A stretch of 64,000 nt of DNA, from assembly GCA_963667175.2 (NCBI GenBank), contig CAXXXF010000004.1, positions 256,001-320,000 of the forward strand, written 5' to 3'. Shown here piece after piece: positions 19,889-29,440 of the stretch. The notes beneath the pieces were generated by a model. It searched no databases, was not told where the DNA came from, and worked only from the letters and a program-made list of their open reading frames with translations. Each line of letters opens with the position of its first letter. Positions within the stretch are counted from its first letter, which is position 1. The stretch is from Candidatus Latescibacterota bacterium. GTDB lineage: Bacteria > Latescibacterota > UBA2968 > GCA-2709665. Made by a program: the position numbers and the translations under genes.

Positions 19889-22867
19889 ATGTCAATGAGG
19901 AAAAAGCGAAGCCGATTCGTCAGCGCGGCGATGCGGTCGAACGCGGTGGCGAATGCGAAGAGACACGACTGGGCGAGCGAGCGACAGGAGCGCGCGGTTG
20001 CGGCGGCCGGCGAGTGGGTCGGCCGCACCGACGATGCGTTGTGGGGCATGGTCACCGCGCAGGAGTTGCCGCGGACGGTCTACACCAACGAAGGGGTGAC
20101 GTACAAGGGACAGCAGCCCTATTGCCCCGGATGCGGCGAAGCGGCCCCGGCGAAATCCGGGCGCGAATGGTGGGAGTTCGACGACGCCAGGCCATGGAAA
20201 ATCTGGTGCGAACACTGCGGAGAGGTGTATCCGAAAAACGACTTCGGCGCCTTCTACAGGACGGCCCTGGACGAGCACGGGATGTTCCGTCGTGAGTTGG
20301 GCGACCGGTCGCTGCTGTTCAATGCCGATCATCCGGATCCGGACGACCCCCTGCACGAACGCTACGTCGACGACGGGTATGGCATGTTCGACGAGCAGGG
20401 CAATCGACACGATATCATCGCATACTACAATTTCGAAGCCGTGTGGCGCCGGATACAGCAGGGCGTTGCCGCGCTGTCCGACGCGTACGCGCTCACCAAT
20501 GACCGGCGCTACGCACATAAAGCGAGCGTTCTGCTGGACCGGATCGCCGACGTCTATCCGGAGATGGACTACCTGCCGCTGCACGAAATGGGATTTCAGC
20601 ACAGCCAGGGCGGTTCCGGGAGAGGTCGGATCGAGGGTTGCATCTGGGAAACCTTCGTCGCACAGGGCCTCGCGCGCAGCTACGACGTCATCTTCGACGG
20701 CCTTCAGGGCGACGAAGAACTGGTGGCTTTCTGCTCGGACAGAGCCGGGAAATATGACCTGGGGGACAAAGAGAGCATCGCCGCAATCTGCGGACATATC
20801 CACGATCACCTGCTTTTAGAGGTGCTTGCCTCTGTTAAGGACGGCCGGATCAGCGGTAACACGGGCATGAACCACACGTCCCTCGCCACCGCCGCGATCG
20901 CTCTGGACCATCCGGAACTGACGCCCGAATGGCTGGACTGGCTGTTCCATCCCGGGTTTCCCGGAGACCACTCAGCTCAGCATGATCCGGTGTCGTGGGT
21001 GCTGACCGAGGGGCTGGACCGGGATGGCATGGGCGGCGAGTGCGGGGGATACGGTCTCATCTGGACCCGCCACATGCGGGAACTGGCACAGATTCTGTCC
21101 GCATGGCCGGAATACACGAAACACAATCTCGTCGAGGATTACCCGAAGCTCAAACAGGCTTATCTCGTGGAGTCCCGGCTGAACGTCCTGGATGGCATGA
21201 TGCCCAATACGGGCGACAGCGGCGCCGTGGGCGCGTGGGGCCGGCAGGGCGATGCCGCGACCTATGTCCGGGCGTACCGGCTGTACGGAGACCCGCGTTT
21301 CGCGGCCCTGGCCTGGCACGAACACTCCGCGCACGGTTCCACGCTGCGCCTGGACGACGATATCTTCCGCGAGGATCCGGACGCGCTGATCCGTGAGATT
21401 CGAAACGTCGGGCGAAAAGGCCCGGACAACCTCACGAGCGAACATTTCGGGCGGTACGGACAGGCGCAATTGCAGACCGAACGGCCGGAAAACGGCCGCG
21501 CCGTGTTCATCCACTACGGGCAGGGCAAGGGCCACTCCCACCACGATGCTCTCAACCTGGGACTGCTGGCGAACAACGTGGCGATGATGCCGGACCTCGG
21601 CTATCCCGAATATACGGGAACGTGGCCCAAACGGCACGCGTGGACCGCCAACACGATCAGTCACAATACGCTGCTGGTGGGGGATACGAGGTCGGCGTAC
21701 AGCCCCGGCGGACAGGTCGAGTACTTCGCCGTCGAACCGCCCCTGAGAGCGATCCAGGTGGATGCGCCAGACGCCTATGAGGATTTGCAAACCTACCGGC
21801 GCACCGTCGCCCTGGTCGACGTGGACGAGGACAACAGCTACGTGCTGGACGTGTTCCGGGCACGGGGCGGGAGCAACCACCGTCTGTCCTGGCATGGCGC
21901 CGCGGAAACGGCTGACGTTGCCGGCCTGGAACTCGTCGTTCAGAAAGGCGGCGCCTTCGCGGGTTCCGACGTTTCGTTCGCCACGCTGGACGGCGAGAAC
22001 GCAGACTTCTTCAAAGAGAGCGGCTTCACGTACCTGTACGACGTGGAACGCTCACCCGGGGCGGTCCGGAAGCCCTACCGGGTCGACTGGAAGATCGAAG
22101 ATATCCACGGACGAATTTCGGAAGGCTGCGAGCCGCACCTTCGCCTGCACGCGCTTACGCCCTGCGATGAGGTGGCGCTCGCCACAGGGGATTCGCCGCG
22201 GCGGCTGCAGCGGCCCAGGTATCTGATCCAGAGCAGGCTGGGCGAGGAGATGCAAAGCATATATCTCAACGTCCTGGAACCTTACGATACAAATCGGTTC
22301 ATCTCTCGGGTGCGAGAACTGGAGGTGAGGCACGACGGGGATGCCTGCTGTGCCGCAGCCGTGGCCGTGGAACTATTCGACGGCCACACGGACGTCCTGA
22401 TCAGCTGTGAGGAAGCGATGGAAGTCGAAGTGGACGGCGGGATCAGGTTCGACGGTACCCTTGGACTGATCCGCCTGGCGAGGGATGAGGTGAAGCTGAT
22501 GCGAATGATCGGCGGCACGTCACTCGCTGTCGGTGGCGTTGAACTGACAGCGGAACGCCCGGCATGGCGCGGGAGGGTGACAGGGACCGACGCTTCCGAC
22601 CCGGCGAACAATCTGGTTGACCTGGATCCGCCACTTCCGGCCGGTCCCGACCTCGTCGGCCGCACGATCCATTTCATCAACGATCTGCCGATGGACACGA
22701 GCTACAGGATCGCGGCCGTCACGAACGGCGGCGTCTCAACGGGCGACATTACGATTGTCCGGGGGCTAAGGGAAGGCACGGATCTCGCGGGTGGGTACAC
22801 TTACCTGGTCAATCCCGGGGACGAATACATCGTCCCGTCGATCGCAGGGCTCGGAGAAATGACCTAA
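19889..22867 (+). CDS. Heparinase II/III-family polysaccharide lyase-like protein with N-terminal CxxC...CxxC
   Basis: GHSHHDALNLGL, DLGYP, TISHNTLLV, YRRTVALVD; CPGC...CEHC. Confidence 0.8.
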   Translation: MSMRKKRSRFVSAAMRSNAVANAKRHDWASERQERAVAAAGEWVGRTDDALWGMVTAQELPRTVYTNEGVTYKGQQPYCPGCGEAAPAKSGREWWEFDDARPWKIWCEHCGEVYPKNDFGAFYRTALDEHGMFRRELGDRSLLFNADHPDPDDPLHERYVDDGYGMFDEQGNRHDIIAYYNFEAVWRRIQQGVAALSDAYALTNDRRYAHKASVLLDRIADVYPEMDYLPLHEMGFQHSQGGSGRGRIEGCIWETFVAQGLARSYDVIFDGLQGDEELVAFCSDRAGKYDLGDKESIAAICGHIHDHLLLEVLASVKDGRISGNTGMNHTSLATAAIALDHPELTPEWLDWLFHPGFPGDHSAQHDPVSWVLTEGLDRDGMGGECGGYGLIWTRHMRELAQILSAWPEYTKHNLVEDYPKLKQAYLVESRLNVLDGMMPNTGDSGAVGAWGRQGDAATYVRAYRLYGDPRFAALAWHEHSAHGSTLRLDDDIFREDPDALIREIRNVGRKGPDNLTSEHFGRYGQAQLQTERPENGRAVFIHYGQGKGHSHHDALNLGLLANNVAMMPDLGYPEYTGTWPKRHAWTANTISHNTLLVGDTRSAYSPGGQVEYFAVEPPLRAIQVDAPDAYEDLQTYRRTVALVDVDEDNSYVLDVFRARGGSNHRLSWHGAAETADVAGLELVVQKGGAFAGSDVSFATLDGENADFFKESGFTYLYDVERSPGAVRKPYRVDWKIEDIHGRISEGCEPHLRLHALTPCDEVALATGDSPRRLQRPRYLIQSRLGEEMQSIYLNVLEPYDTNRFISRVRELEVRHDGDACCAAAVAVELFDGHTDVLISCEEAMEVEVDGGIRFDGTLGLIRLARDEVKLMRMIGGTSLAVGGVELTAERPAWRGRVTGTDASDPANNLVDLDPPLPAGPDLVGRTIHFINDLPMDTSYRIAAVTNGGVSTGDITIVRGLREGTDLAGGYTYLVNPGDEYIVPSIAGLGEMT

Positions 22868-23048
22868 ACCTACTCACACAAAGACACCAAGACACAAAGA
22901 AAACCGGAAACAACCAAAAGACGGGCAACCCGGAGAGATAGTGACGGGAGACGGGAGACGAATACGTCGTACCCTCATTCACAGGGCTCGGAGGAATGAC
23001 CTAAACCTACTCACACAAAGACACCAAGACACAAAGAAAACCGGAAAC
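22820..23048 (+). repeat. ~91-bp direct repeat (22820-22910, 22957-23048): 3' end of the lyase gene + CACAAAGACACCAAGACACAAAG tail
   Basis: DEYIVPSIAGLGEMT* versus DEYVVPSFTGLGGMT*, with identical downstream 45 bp. Confidence 0.9.
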
Positions 23049-23085
23049 GAAATTCTTCACTCTACGCATGGGACATTTCGGATCG

Positions 23086-23469
23086 ATGAATGAAAACGAG
23101 ATAGGTGCAGAGGTCGTGAATTGTGCGGTCCGCCTCCATAAGGATCTTGGCCCAGGCTTGCTTGAATCGGTCTATGAAGTGATTCTGGCAAAGCAGCTTC
23201 AGACGGCTGGCATGAAAGTTAAAGTGCAGGCGCCAATACCAATTGAGTTCGAAGGAGTGCGATTCTCCGAAGCATTTCGCGTGGATATAATCGTCGAGGA
23301 CCGCGTCATCCTGGAGTTGAAATCAATTGAGAAAATCACGAGAGCACACCGGAAGCAAGTCCTTACCTACCTCAAATTGACCGATTTGAAGCTCGGCTTT
23401 ATACTGAACTTTGGCGCCGCAACAATGAGGGAGGGCATTGCTCGAATTATCAACGGCAAGATCACGTAG
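23086..23469 (+). CDS. GxxExxY protein (PD-(D/E)xK-like)
   Basis: LGPGLLESVYE, FRVDIIVE, LELKS, QVLTYL, LNFG. Confidence 0.93.
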   Translation: MNENEIGAEVVNCAVRLHKDLGPGLLESVYEVILAKQLQTAGMKVKVQAPIPIEFEGVRFSEAFRVDIIVEDRVILELKSIEKITRAHRKQVLTYLKLTDLKLGFILNFGAATMREGIARIINGKIT

Positions 23470-23510
23470 ACCGTTTTTGATTTAGACCTCTTGCACTGGT
23501 TAGAAGCGCC

Positions 23511-23971
23511 GTGTGTCCCCCTGGCCATCTCGCTAGCAACGGCCCCTGACCAGTGTTGCATTTCTCCGTGTCTTTGTGTCTTCGTGTGAGAACGGGTTTG
23601 CTGGTTTCATCACCCCATCCGCTCGTAGTCCGCCCGCCGGGTCAATCTAAGGCGTGCAACACTTCAAGTGACGGTAAAATCTCGTGCGTCCCCCTGGCCA
23701 TCTCAACAGCAACATCCCCTGACCTGCCTTGCATTTCTTCGTGTCTTTGTGTGAGACGGATTTTGTGGCTTTTCTCACGCCATCCGCCCATAGTCCGCCC
23801 GCCGGGTCAATCCAAGACGTTCAGCACGTCAGATGGCGGAAAAATCTCGGTGCGTCCGCTAGGCTTTCTTGACAGCAAGGTCCCCTGACCCTTCTTGCTT
23901 TTCTCCGTGTCTTTGTGTCTTTGTGTGAGGAGGGTTATGTGGGTTTCATCACCCCATCCGCTCGTAGTCCG
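23511..23971. repeat. Three degenerate tandem ~170-bp units, each containing a copy of the GNAT gene 3' end and a GTGTCTTTGTGT repeat
   Basis: Units start gtgYgtccc at ~23511, 23683 and 23850; tcatcaccccatccgctcgtagtccgc recurs. Confidence 0.8.
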
Positions 23972-24527
23972 CACGTGTGATCTCGAAATCCAGCACACTA
24001 CCACCGTCCACTTCCCTCGCGACGGTGAGGCCCAGCGACCGCCACAGCGCTACCGATCGCGCATTGTCCGTGCGCACGTCCATCGGGCAGAAGCGATCGA
24101 TTTTCAGTTCTTCAAACGCGTACGTTATCAGACGGCGCGCCACCTCGCTTCCGTATCCTCGACCCCACAGCGACTTGTCCCAGATCCCGATCGGCACGCG
24201 CATCGCCTTCTCCCCCGGAATCCTTCCACGGTCCAGGTTCATCCACTGCAGACACACTTCGCCGATGGTGCGGCCGGACTCTTTTTCGACAATCGCGAAC
24301 AGAAAACCCTGCGCCGCCATCGCCCTGCCCGCGCCTTCGAGATAGTCCCGGGTAACGGGCTCCTCGGGCGGCGACAATTCCATCGCGTTCAGGAAGTCCG
24401 GATCCTGATAGAACGGAACGGCCAAATCGAAATCCGCCGCCTTAAACGGCCGCAGTTTCAGGCGCGCCGTTTCCAGGCGCAGGTTGTGACCCGGAAAACC
24501 GTCCATCTTCGGGGCCTCTACTGTCAC
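23949..24527 (-). CDS. GNAT N-acetyltransferase (RimJ/RimL-like)
   Basis: LETARLKLRPF, WGRGYGSE, NARSVAL. Confidence 0.88.
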   Translation of the reverse strand: MTVEAPKMDGFPGHNLRLETARLKLRPFKAADFDLAVPFYQDPDFLNAMELSPPEEPVTRDYLEGAGRAMAAQGFLFAIVEKESGRTIGEVCLQWMNLDRGRIPGEKAMRVPIGIWDKSLWGRGYGSEVARRLITYAFEELKIDRFCPMDVRTDNARSVALWRSLGLTVAREVDGGSVLDFEITRADYERMG

Positions 24528-24555
24528 GGTTTCGCAAGCCGTTTCGGGATTGGTT

Positions 24556-25548
24556 CTACGCCGAATACGTCAACTCCATCCCGTCCTCCACGTCCACCGT
24601 GATTCGCAAAACACCGGGACTCACGAGCGAGCCGGGCATGGGTTGACTGTTGACGAGGACGCGGGGATACCGGCACCAGGCCGCGGGCACGTCGGCGTCC
24701 AGGGTCAGCGCGCGGCAGGTGACCCGATCGGACAATCCACTCAGATTCAGCCGGTATCGCTTTTCATCGGCGGTGTCCGACACGGTTGTGATTTCGGCGT
24801 GGCGACGAGTCAAGTGGTAGAAGATGGCTTCTTCCGGAACCGCGCACCACACGTCGTCCCCGCCTTCGCCGAGAACCGCTTCGAAACGCCTCCGAAGCTG
24901 TTCCGCGGTGCAGTCTTTGTTCCGGTGGACGGCCTCATCCAGCGGACAGTGGCAATAGTCGATGATCCATCCGCTGTCCCTCTGCGCATGGCGTATGTTC
25001 CGGTACGGATCGAACTCGCTGTAGAAGGGCTCGTAGAACTGGTCGTGCAGCGCGGTGCGGTTCAGCCAGAAGCCTTCGTCGCCGGGGCGGTTGAGGGCAT
25101 CCGTGAGGCTCATCGCGCCCAGATAGCCGTACTCCCGGCAGGCAGCCAGGACATGATCGGCCATATTCGTATTGTTTCCCGGCGAACAGTAAAGATCCAC
25201 GGGACCGTCAATGGCCTCTTCCAGCACGACCTTCGCCTCCCGCAATTCCCGGTCCAGCATGTCCGGCCGGATGACTTCGTGGCTCCATGAATGGTTGCCC
25301 ACACCCCAGCCGCGATCCACCATCTCCCTCATTTCCTCGCCGGTCATATGCCGGAATCCGTTGTAGCTCGAGTTGCCAAGTTGCCGGATCTCCCCGATGT
25401 GCCCGGCCACCGCCTCCATATGCCCGGGAACGTTGAATTCTTCGTGTATGGGCACGGCGCGCTCGTGCAACTCGATCAGCGCTTCGTCGTACGTGATGGA
25501 GTAGACCCATTGCTTTCCGTGTTTCCAGTCACAAATTCTGAGAGCCAT
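24556..25548 (-). CDS. Polysaccharide deacetylase (NodB-like) family protein
   Basis: SITYDEA, GVGNHSWSH. Confidence 0.75.
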   Translation of the reverse strand: MALRICDWKHGKQWVYSITYDEALIELHERAVPIHEEFNVPGHMEAVAGHIGEIRQLGNSSYNGFRHMTGEEMREMVDRGWGVGNHSWSHEVIRPDMLDRELREAKVVLEEAIDGPVDLYCSPGNNTNMADHVLAACREYGYLGAMSLTDALNRPGDEGFWLNRTALHDQFYEPFYSEFDPYRNIRHAQRDSGWIIDYCHCPLDEAVHRNKDCTAEQLRRRFEAVLGEGGDDVWCAVPEEAIFYHLTRRHAEITTVSDTADEKRYRLNLSGLSDRVTCRALTLDADVPAAWCRYPRVLVNSQPMPGSLVSPGVLRITVDVEDGMELTYSA

Positions 25549-25585
25549 CGAATTTTCCTTTCCTTTTCGCCTCGTCTGTTGAGTT

Positions 25586-26362
25586 TCAGGCTCTTTGACC
25601 GGTTCCTGCCGCTGCCATAAACGCTTCGAACGTGGTGCTGTACCCGATCTTCCATTCGAATATGTGGATACCGTAGCGCGTGGCAAGGCGTTCGTCGAAG
25701 GTATCCGGACGTTCCACGCCCACCGTGCCGTCGCGCATCAGGATGCAGCGGTACCCTCGGGAGAGCATCGCCTGCCCGCCGCCCTCGGAGCCCAGAACGC
25801 ACATATCGGCCGCGAATCCGGTGTAGATGAGCGTATCGACGTCGTTCGCTTTCAGGGTTGCGTCCAGGGTGTCGGTGTAGAAGACCATGGGCTCATCGCC
25901 GACGGGAGACACGATTTCTGCCCGTCGCATCTTCGCCAGCGGGGAGTGCTTCATATAGTCGGGGCCATGCGCGCGGTCCAGCATCTCCTTCTGGCGCCCG
26001 GTGGGTTTCCAGTCGCTTGTCTTGTCCCGTCTGGTGGGAATGTGCGGGTATTGTTCGTCCATCCAGTCGGCTTCCACGTGCACGACGGGGAGCCCGATCG
26101 ACCGCGCCGCATCCATGGCGGGGCGCATCACCTCGCGCATGATGCGGTACCCTTCCGCCGTGGCCTCGGGCCAGCCCAGGTCCACGCAGTAGTCCATGTT
26201 CAGGGGAGGACCGTCGGGACAGCCGATATTCCAACAGTGCATTCCGATGAGCGCCGTTCGGTGGACGGGAAGTTCGAACGTGACCGATTCGTACCCGGGA
26301 CTGTCGATGGGCAGCGCGCGGTAATAGCGCGCGTCCAGATGGATGGTTGCGGAATCAGGCAT
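25586..26362 (-). CDS. Isochorismatase-family cysteine hydrolase
   Basis: RTALI, TLIYTGFAADMCV, RGYRCILMRD. Confidence 0.8.
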   Translation of the reverse strand: MPDSATIHLDARYYRALPIDSPGYESVTFELPVHRTALIGMHCWNIGCPDGPPLNMDYCVDLGWPEATAEGYRIMREVMRPAMDAARSIGLPVVHVEADWMDEQYPHIPTRRDKTSDWKPTGRQKEMLDRAHGPDYMKHSPLAKMRRAEIVSPVGDEPMVFYTDTLDATLKANDVDTLIYTGFAADMCVLGSEGGGQAMLSRGYRCILMRDGTVGVERPDTFDERLATRYGIHIFEWKIGYSTTFEAFMAAAGTGQRA

Positions 26363-26430
26363 TGCAATTGCCTTTCTGGATCGACGACGGCACATTTGGG
26401 CCGGGCCGGGTGGCGCCGGGTGCTGCGGCG

Positions 26431-28302
26431 TCAACGCATCGGTCCGCGACCGTCGATAAGAATATCCACCGGATCGGAAAGCACAATCAGGTCTTCGATA
26501 TCGAACTGTTCGAGCAGGCCGAAACAAAACGGGACGGGCTCTTCGGTATAGTCGATGCTCCAGTCGATGAGCCGGCGCAGCGTGTCCGGAAGGTTGGCGC
26601 TCAATGCGTCGACGCCCCGGGGCCTCAGCGCCGCCGTACAGAGAGCGATCAGGCCGGTGGAGAGGCCATGCGCGGTAATATTGAGAGAACTGCCGCCGGA
26701 CGTCGACTCGATCCAGCGCCGCAGGGCGAGCAACTGGGCCGTGCAGATGCCCAGGGGACGATCGCCGGCCGCGGCAATGCACTCCATGAAGAGGTAGTGG
26801 TAGGCGCCTTCAGCGATAACCTGTTCGCCGAATGCCAGCAGATCGGCTACGAAAACACGTTTCCCGGCGTCGAGCGCGTTCTCAACGGCCCTGGCAGCGC
26901 CCGCGCGGCCGTTTTCGGGCAGGATGAGCAGGACTTCGTCCGAACCCTGCGGATCGAATTCCGTGACCGGAACGTTCCAGCGGCCCATTTCCAGGATATG
27001 GTGCGAGATGCTCACGCCTGCCATCGATCTCGTCTTTCGGACGGTTCGCGATGCAACGGTGTACGCGGACGGAAGACGCAACACACTGGCGAGGCGTCTG
27101 CGATCCGCCGGTTTTGTGCCGGCGGTCGACCGCGTCCCGGGCAGGCGCCCGGCGAGTTCGCCGGCGATCGTCAGATACGTGGGATTGCCCGGCGGCAGCC
27201 CGACGTTGAGTTCCCATTCGGAGCGGATTTCGTCGTCACATGGGATGTCTTCAGTCGAAATATCCAGATCCCACGCGCTTTTCAGAAACCTGTACAGTTG
27301 CTCGCGGACGTCTTTCCCGTAGTTGTGCGTGCCCGGATCTTCATTCGCGTAGAAGCCGATGCGTTCGGATACGCCGAGCCGTTCGTAAACCCTTCGTGCG
27401 GGCGTATACAGGGCCGGCCGCATGAACTCCGGGCGGAAAATCGAGTCATTGACGCTGTGGACCAGCAGCGCCGGGCGGGGCGCGAACATCGCGGTGAGGG
27501 TGTCGTAGTCCGCCACGGTGCAGAGATCGACCGGTGTCTGTTCCAGGTCGCCGTGGTCCTGCCACCGTTTCGTCGCCCGGTGCCAGATCGGGGAGTGCCC
27601 GGAAACGGGGATGGAGACGCCAATGCGTTCGTCGATCGCCGTGAGCACGGCGGTCTGCCACCCCCCACCCGAGAGGCCGGTCATGGCCACCCGGTCAGGG
27701 TCGGCGTGTTCGTGCGCGAGCAGCACGTCCAGTCCGCGTTTCATGGCCAGGTACATGGCGCTGACGCCGGCCACGCCGCACAGGTCCATATGGGCCTGGT
27801 GCATGTGGTTGAGCGAGCCCTGAAGTTCCCCCATGCCGATGAACTCAAAGTTCAGGGCGAGCATGCCGCGTCTGGCCAGGTTGATGCACCGCGCCTGCTT
27901 GTAGTCCATGGCCTTGCCGCCGCGATGGTGACCGTTGGGGTTGAGCACGGCCGGGACTTTGCCCTTGAGATTCTCGGGCTCGTAGAGCAGCGCCGGAATC
28001 CGCATGCCCGGATATCCTTCGTAGTGGAGTTTCCGGATGCGATACCCGTTGCCCTCGAGGACGCCTCGCCACCGGACCGACGGCGGGCGATCGTTGACGG
28101 CAGGATCGAGGCCGGTCAGGTAGACCTTTTTCAGCAGATCCCGGCGAATCCTGGCGGTTCGCTTCTTCCATTCCACGTGGGACTCCGGCGTTTCCAGGCG
28201 CGGCAGCTTTTCCGCATAATAGTCCATCATGATGCGGGTATGCCGGTTGCGCAGGAGCTTGCGCGAAAGCGCGTGTTCGATCTGCCTGGGTGTGAGAGGC
28301 AT
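26431..28302 (-). CDS. Alpha/beta-hydrolase (acetylxylan esterase-like)
   Basis: PAVLNPNGH, GLSGGG nucleophile elbow, HNY. Confidence 0.8.
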   Translation of the reverse strand: MPLTPRQIEHALSRKLLRNRHTRIMMDYYAEKLPRLETPESHVEWKKRTARIRRDLLKKVYLTGLDPAVNDRPPSVRWRGVLEGNGYRIRKLHYEGYPGMRIPALLYEPENLKGKVPAVLNPNGHHRGGKAMDYKQARCINLARRGMLALNFEFIGMGELQGSLNHMHQAHMDLCGVAGVSAMYLAMKRGLDVLLAHEHADPDRVAMTGLSGGGWQTAVLTAIDERIGVSIPVSGHSPIWHRATKRWQDHGDLEQTPVDLCTVADYDTLTAMFAPRPALLVHSVNDSIFRPEFMRPALYTPARRVYERLGVSERIGFYANEDPGTHNYGKDVREQLYRFLKSAWDLDISTEDIPCDDEIRSEWELNVGLPPGNPTYLTIAGELAGRLPGTRSTAGTKPADRRRLASVLRLPSAYTVASRTVRKTRSMAGVSISHHILEMGRWNVPVTEFDPQGSDEVLLILPENGRAGAARAVENALDAGKRVFVADLLAFGEQVIAEGAYHYLFMECIAAAGDRPLGICTAQLLALRRWIESTSGGSSLNITAHGLSTGLIALCTAALRPRGVDALSANLPDTLRRLIDWSIDYTEEPVPFCFGLLEQFDIEDLIVLSDPVDILIDGRGPMR

Positions 28303-28354
28303 GGGCGGGGTTCCCGGAGGACCGTGCGCAAACTTTGTGCGGCGCGCGGGTCGG

Positions 28355-29410
28355 TCAGTTCAGCGAATACGTCTCGTACGGGTTCTGGCAGGGGTTGTTC
28401 TTACTCACGTGCATGCGGCCGGTATCGGTTTCGATGATCACGGAGAACGCGGTCGACCAATACCCGGTCGTGGGATGATCGTTGGGATGGCGACAGATGG
28501 AGGTGGGGTGATTCTCGTGATCGCTCAGGGCGGCCTTCAGGCTTTCGATCGCAAAGGGACGTTCCATCTCACTGAAGAGCTTCTGGATTCGGATCTTGCG
28601 CCCGCCCGATTGGATGAGTTCGGGGAAGACGTCGTTGTTGTGTGCCAGTTCCGGATGCTCGCAGTGGTTCGTATGGGTCACCAGGCCCACGCCGTCGTCC
28701 CGGATCACGTGCACGTTGTCCAGGGTAACCTCCAGATCCGCCGGCCCCTGTGGCGTTGCGAGTATGATGTTGGCGGGAATGGCGCGCTTCGCCCGGCGAA
28801 CCGCCTGGACGGCGTCTTCCATATTCCTGGTTTCGTAAATGCCGCGAACGGTGAAGTAGTGCGGCACGCCCACGAGTCGGGCGGGCGCGGGCAGGGTATT
28901 CAGGCAAAGCCCGATGCCTTCGCTGTTCAGACCGATATAGGCGATAATGCCGGCCTGGGTGACATTCAGGAGGGCGGGCATCCCTTCCGGACGGCGGGTG
29001 AGGACGATGGTAAAGGGGTTCAGCGCCGGGTCGTTGTCCCAGTTCTGGCCCACAACGTTGCCCGTTCCGGCGGGCGTGGCGACCGAAAAGGACGTGCAGC
29101 CCGAATCCGGGTCAGCCTGAAGCTGATTGCGGATCTGTAGCATCATGAGGTCATCCAGCGAGACGCCGGAAGACTCGGACATGCCGCGCATCTCCTCCAG
29201 GTGGTGGGGCGCGTATTGTTCTACATACGGGATGCAATCGCGGGCAACGGACGTGGCCTTGTCCACCGATGCCGCAACGCTCTTGTTAACCCGTTCGAGC
29301 GCAATATCCACAAAGCCGCGGATTTCGTCGCGGGCGGCCTCGCCGATCTGTCGCCCCATTTCAATGGGCGACCCGCCGACTTCGATTTCCCGATAGCGGG
29401 TATCTGACAT
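28355..29410 (-). CDS. C45-family Ntn hydrolase/acyltransferase
   Basis: GCTSF, GQNWD, HTNH, SICRH. Confidence 0.88.
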   Translation of the reverse strand: MSDTRYREIEVGGSPIEMGRQIGEAARDEIRGFVDIALERVNKSVAASVDKATSVARDCIPYVEQYAPHHLEEMRGMSESSGVSLDDLMMLQIRNQLQADPDSGCTSFSVATPAGTGNVVGQNWDNDPALNPFTIVLTRRPEGMPALLNVTQAGIIAYIGLNSEGIGLCLNTLPAPARLVGVPHYFTVRGIYETRNMEDAVQAVRRAKRAIPANIILATPQGPADLEVTLDNVHVIRDDGVGLVTHTNHCEHPELAHNNDVFPELIQSGGRKIRIQKLFSEMERPFAIESLKAALSDHENHPTSICRHPNDHPTTGYWSTAFSVIIETDTGRMHVSKNNPCQNPYETYSLN

Positions 29411-29440
29411 CCGGACCTCCTCGTCTCCGCCGCCCGGCGT

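Noticed and set aside
22820-23971. Possible CRISPR array
   Set aside because: Units are long, degenerate and derived from gene ends; no constant repeat/unique spacer pattern and no cas genes.
26347-28437. 696-aa plus-strand ORF
   Set aside because: Antisense shadow of the esterase gene in high-GC DNA; no motifs.
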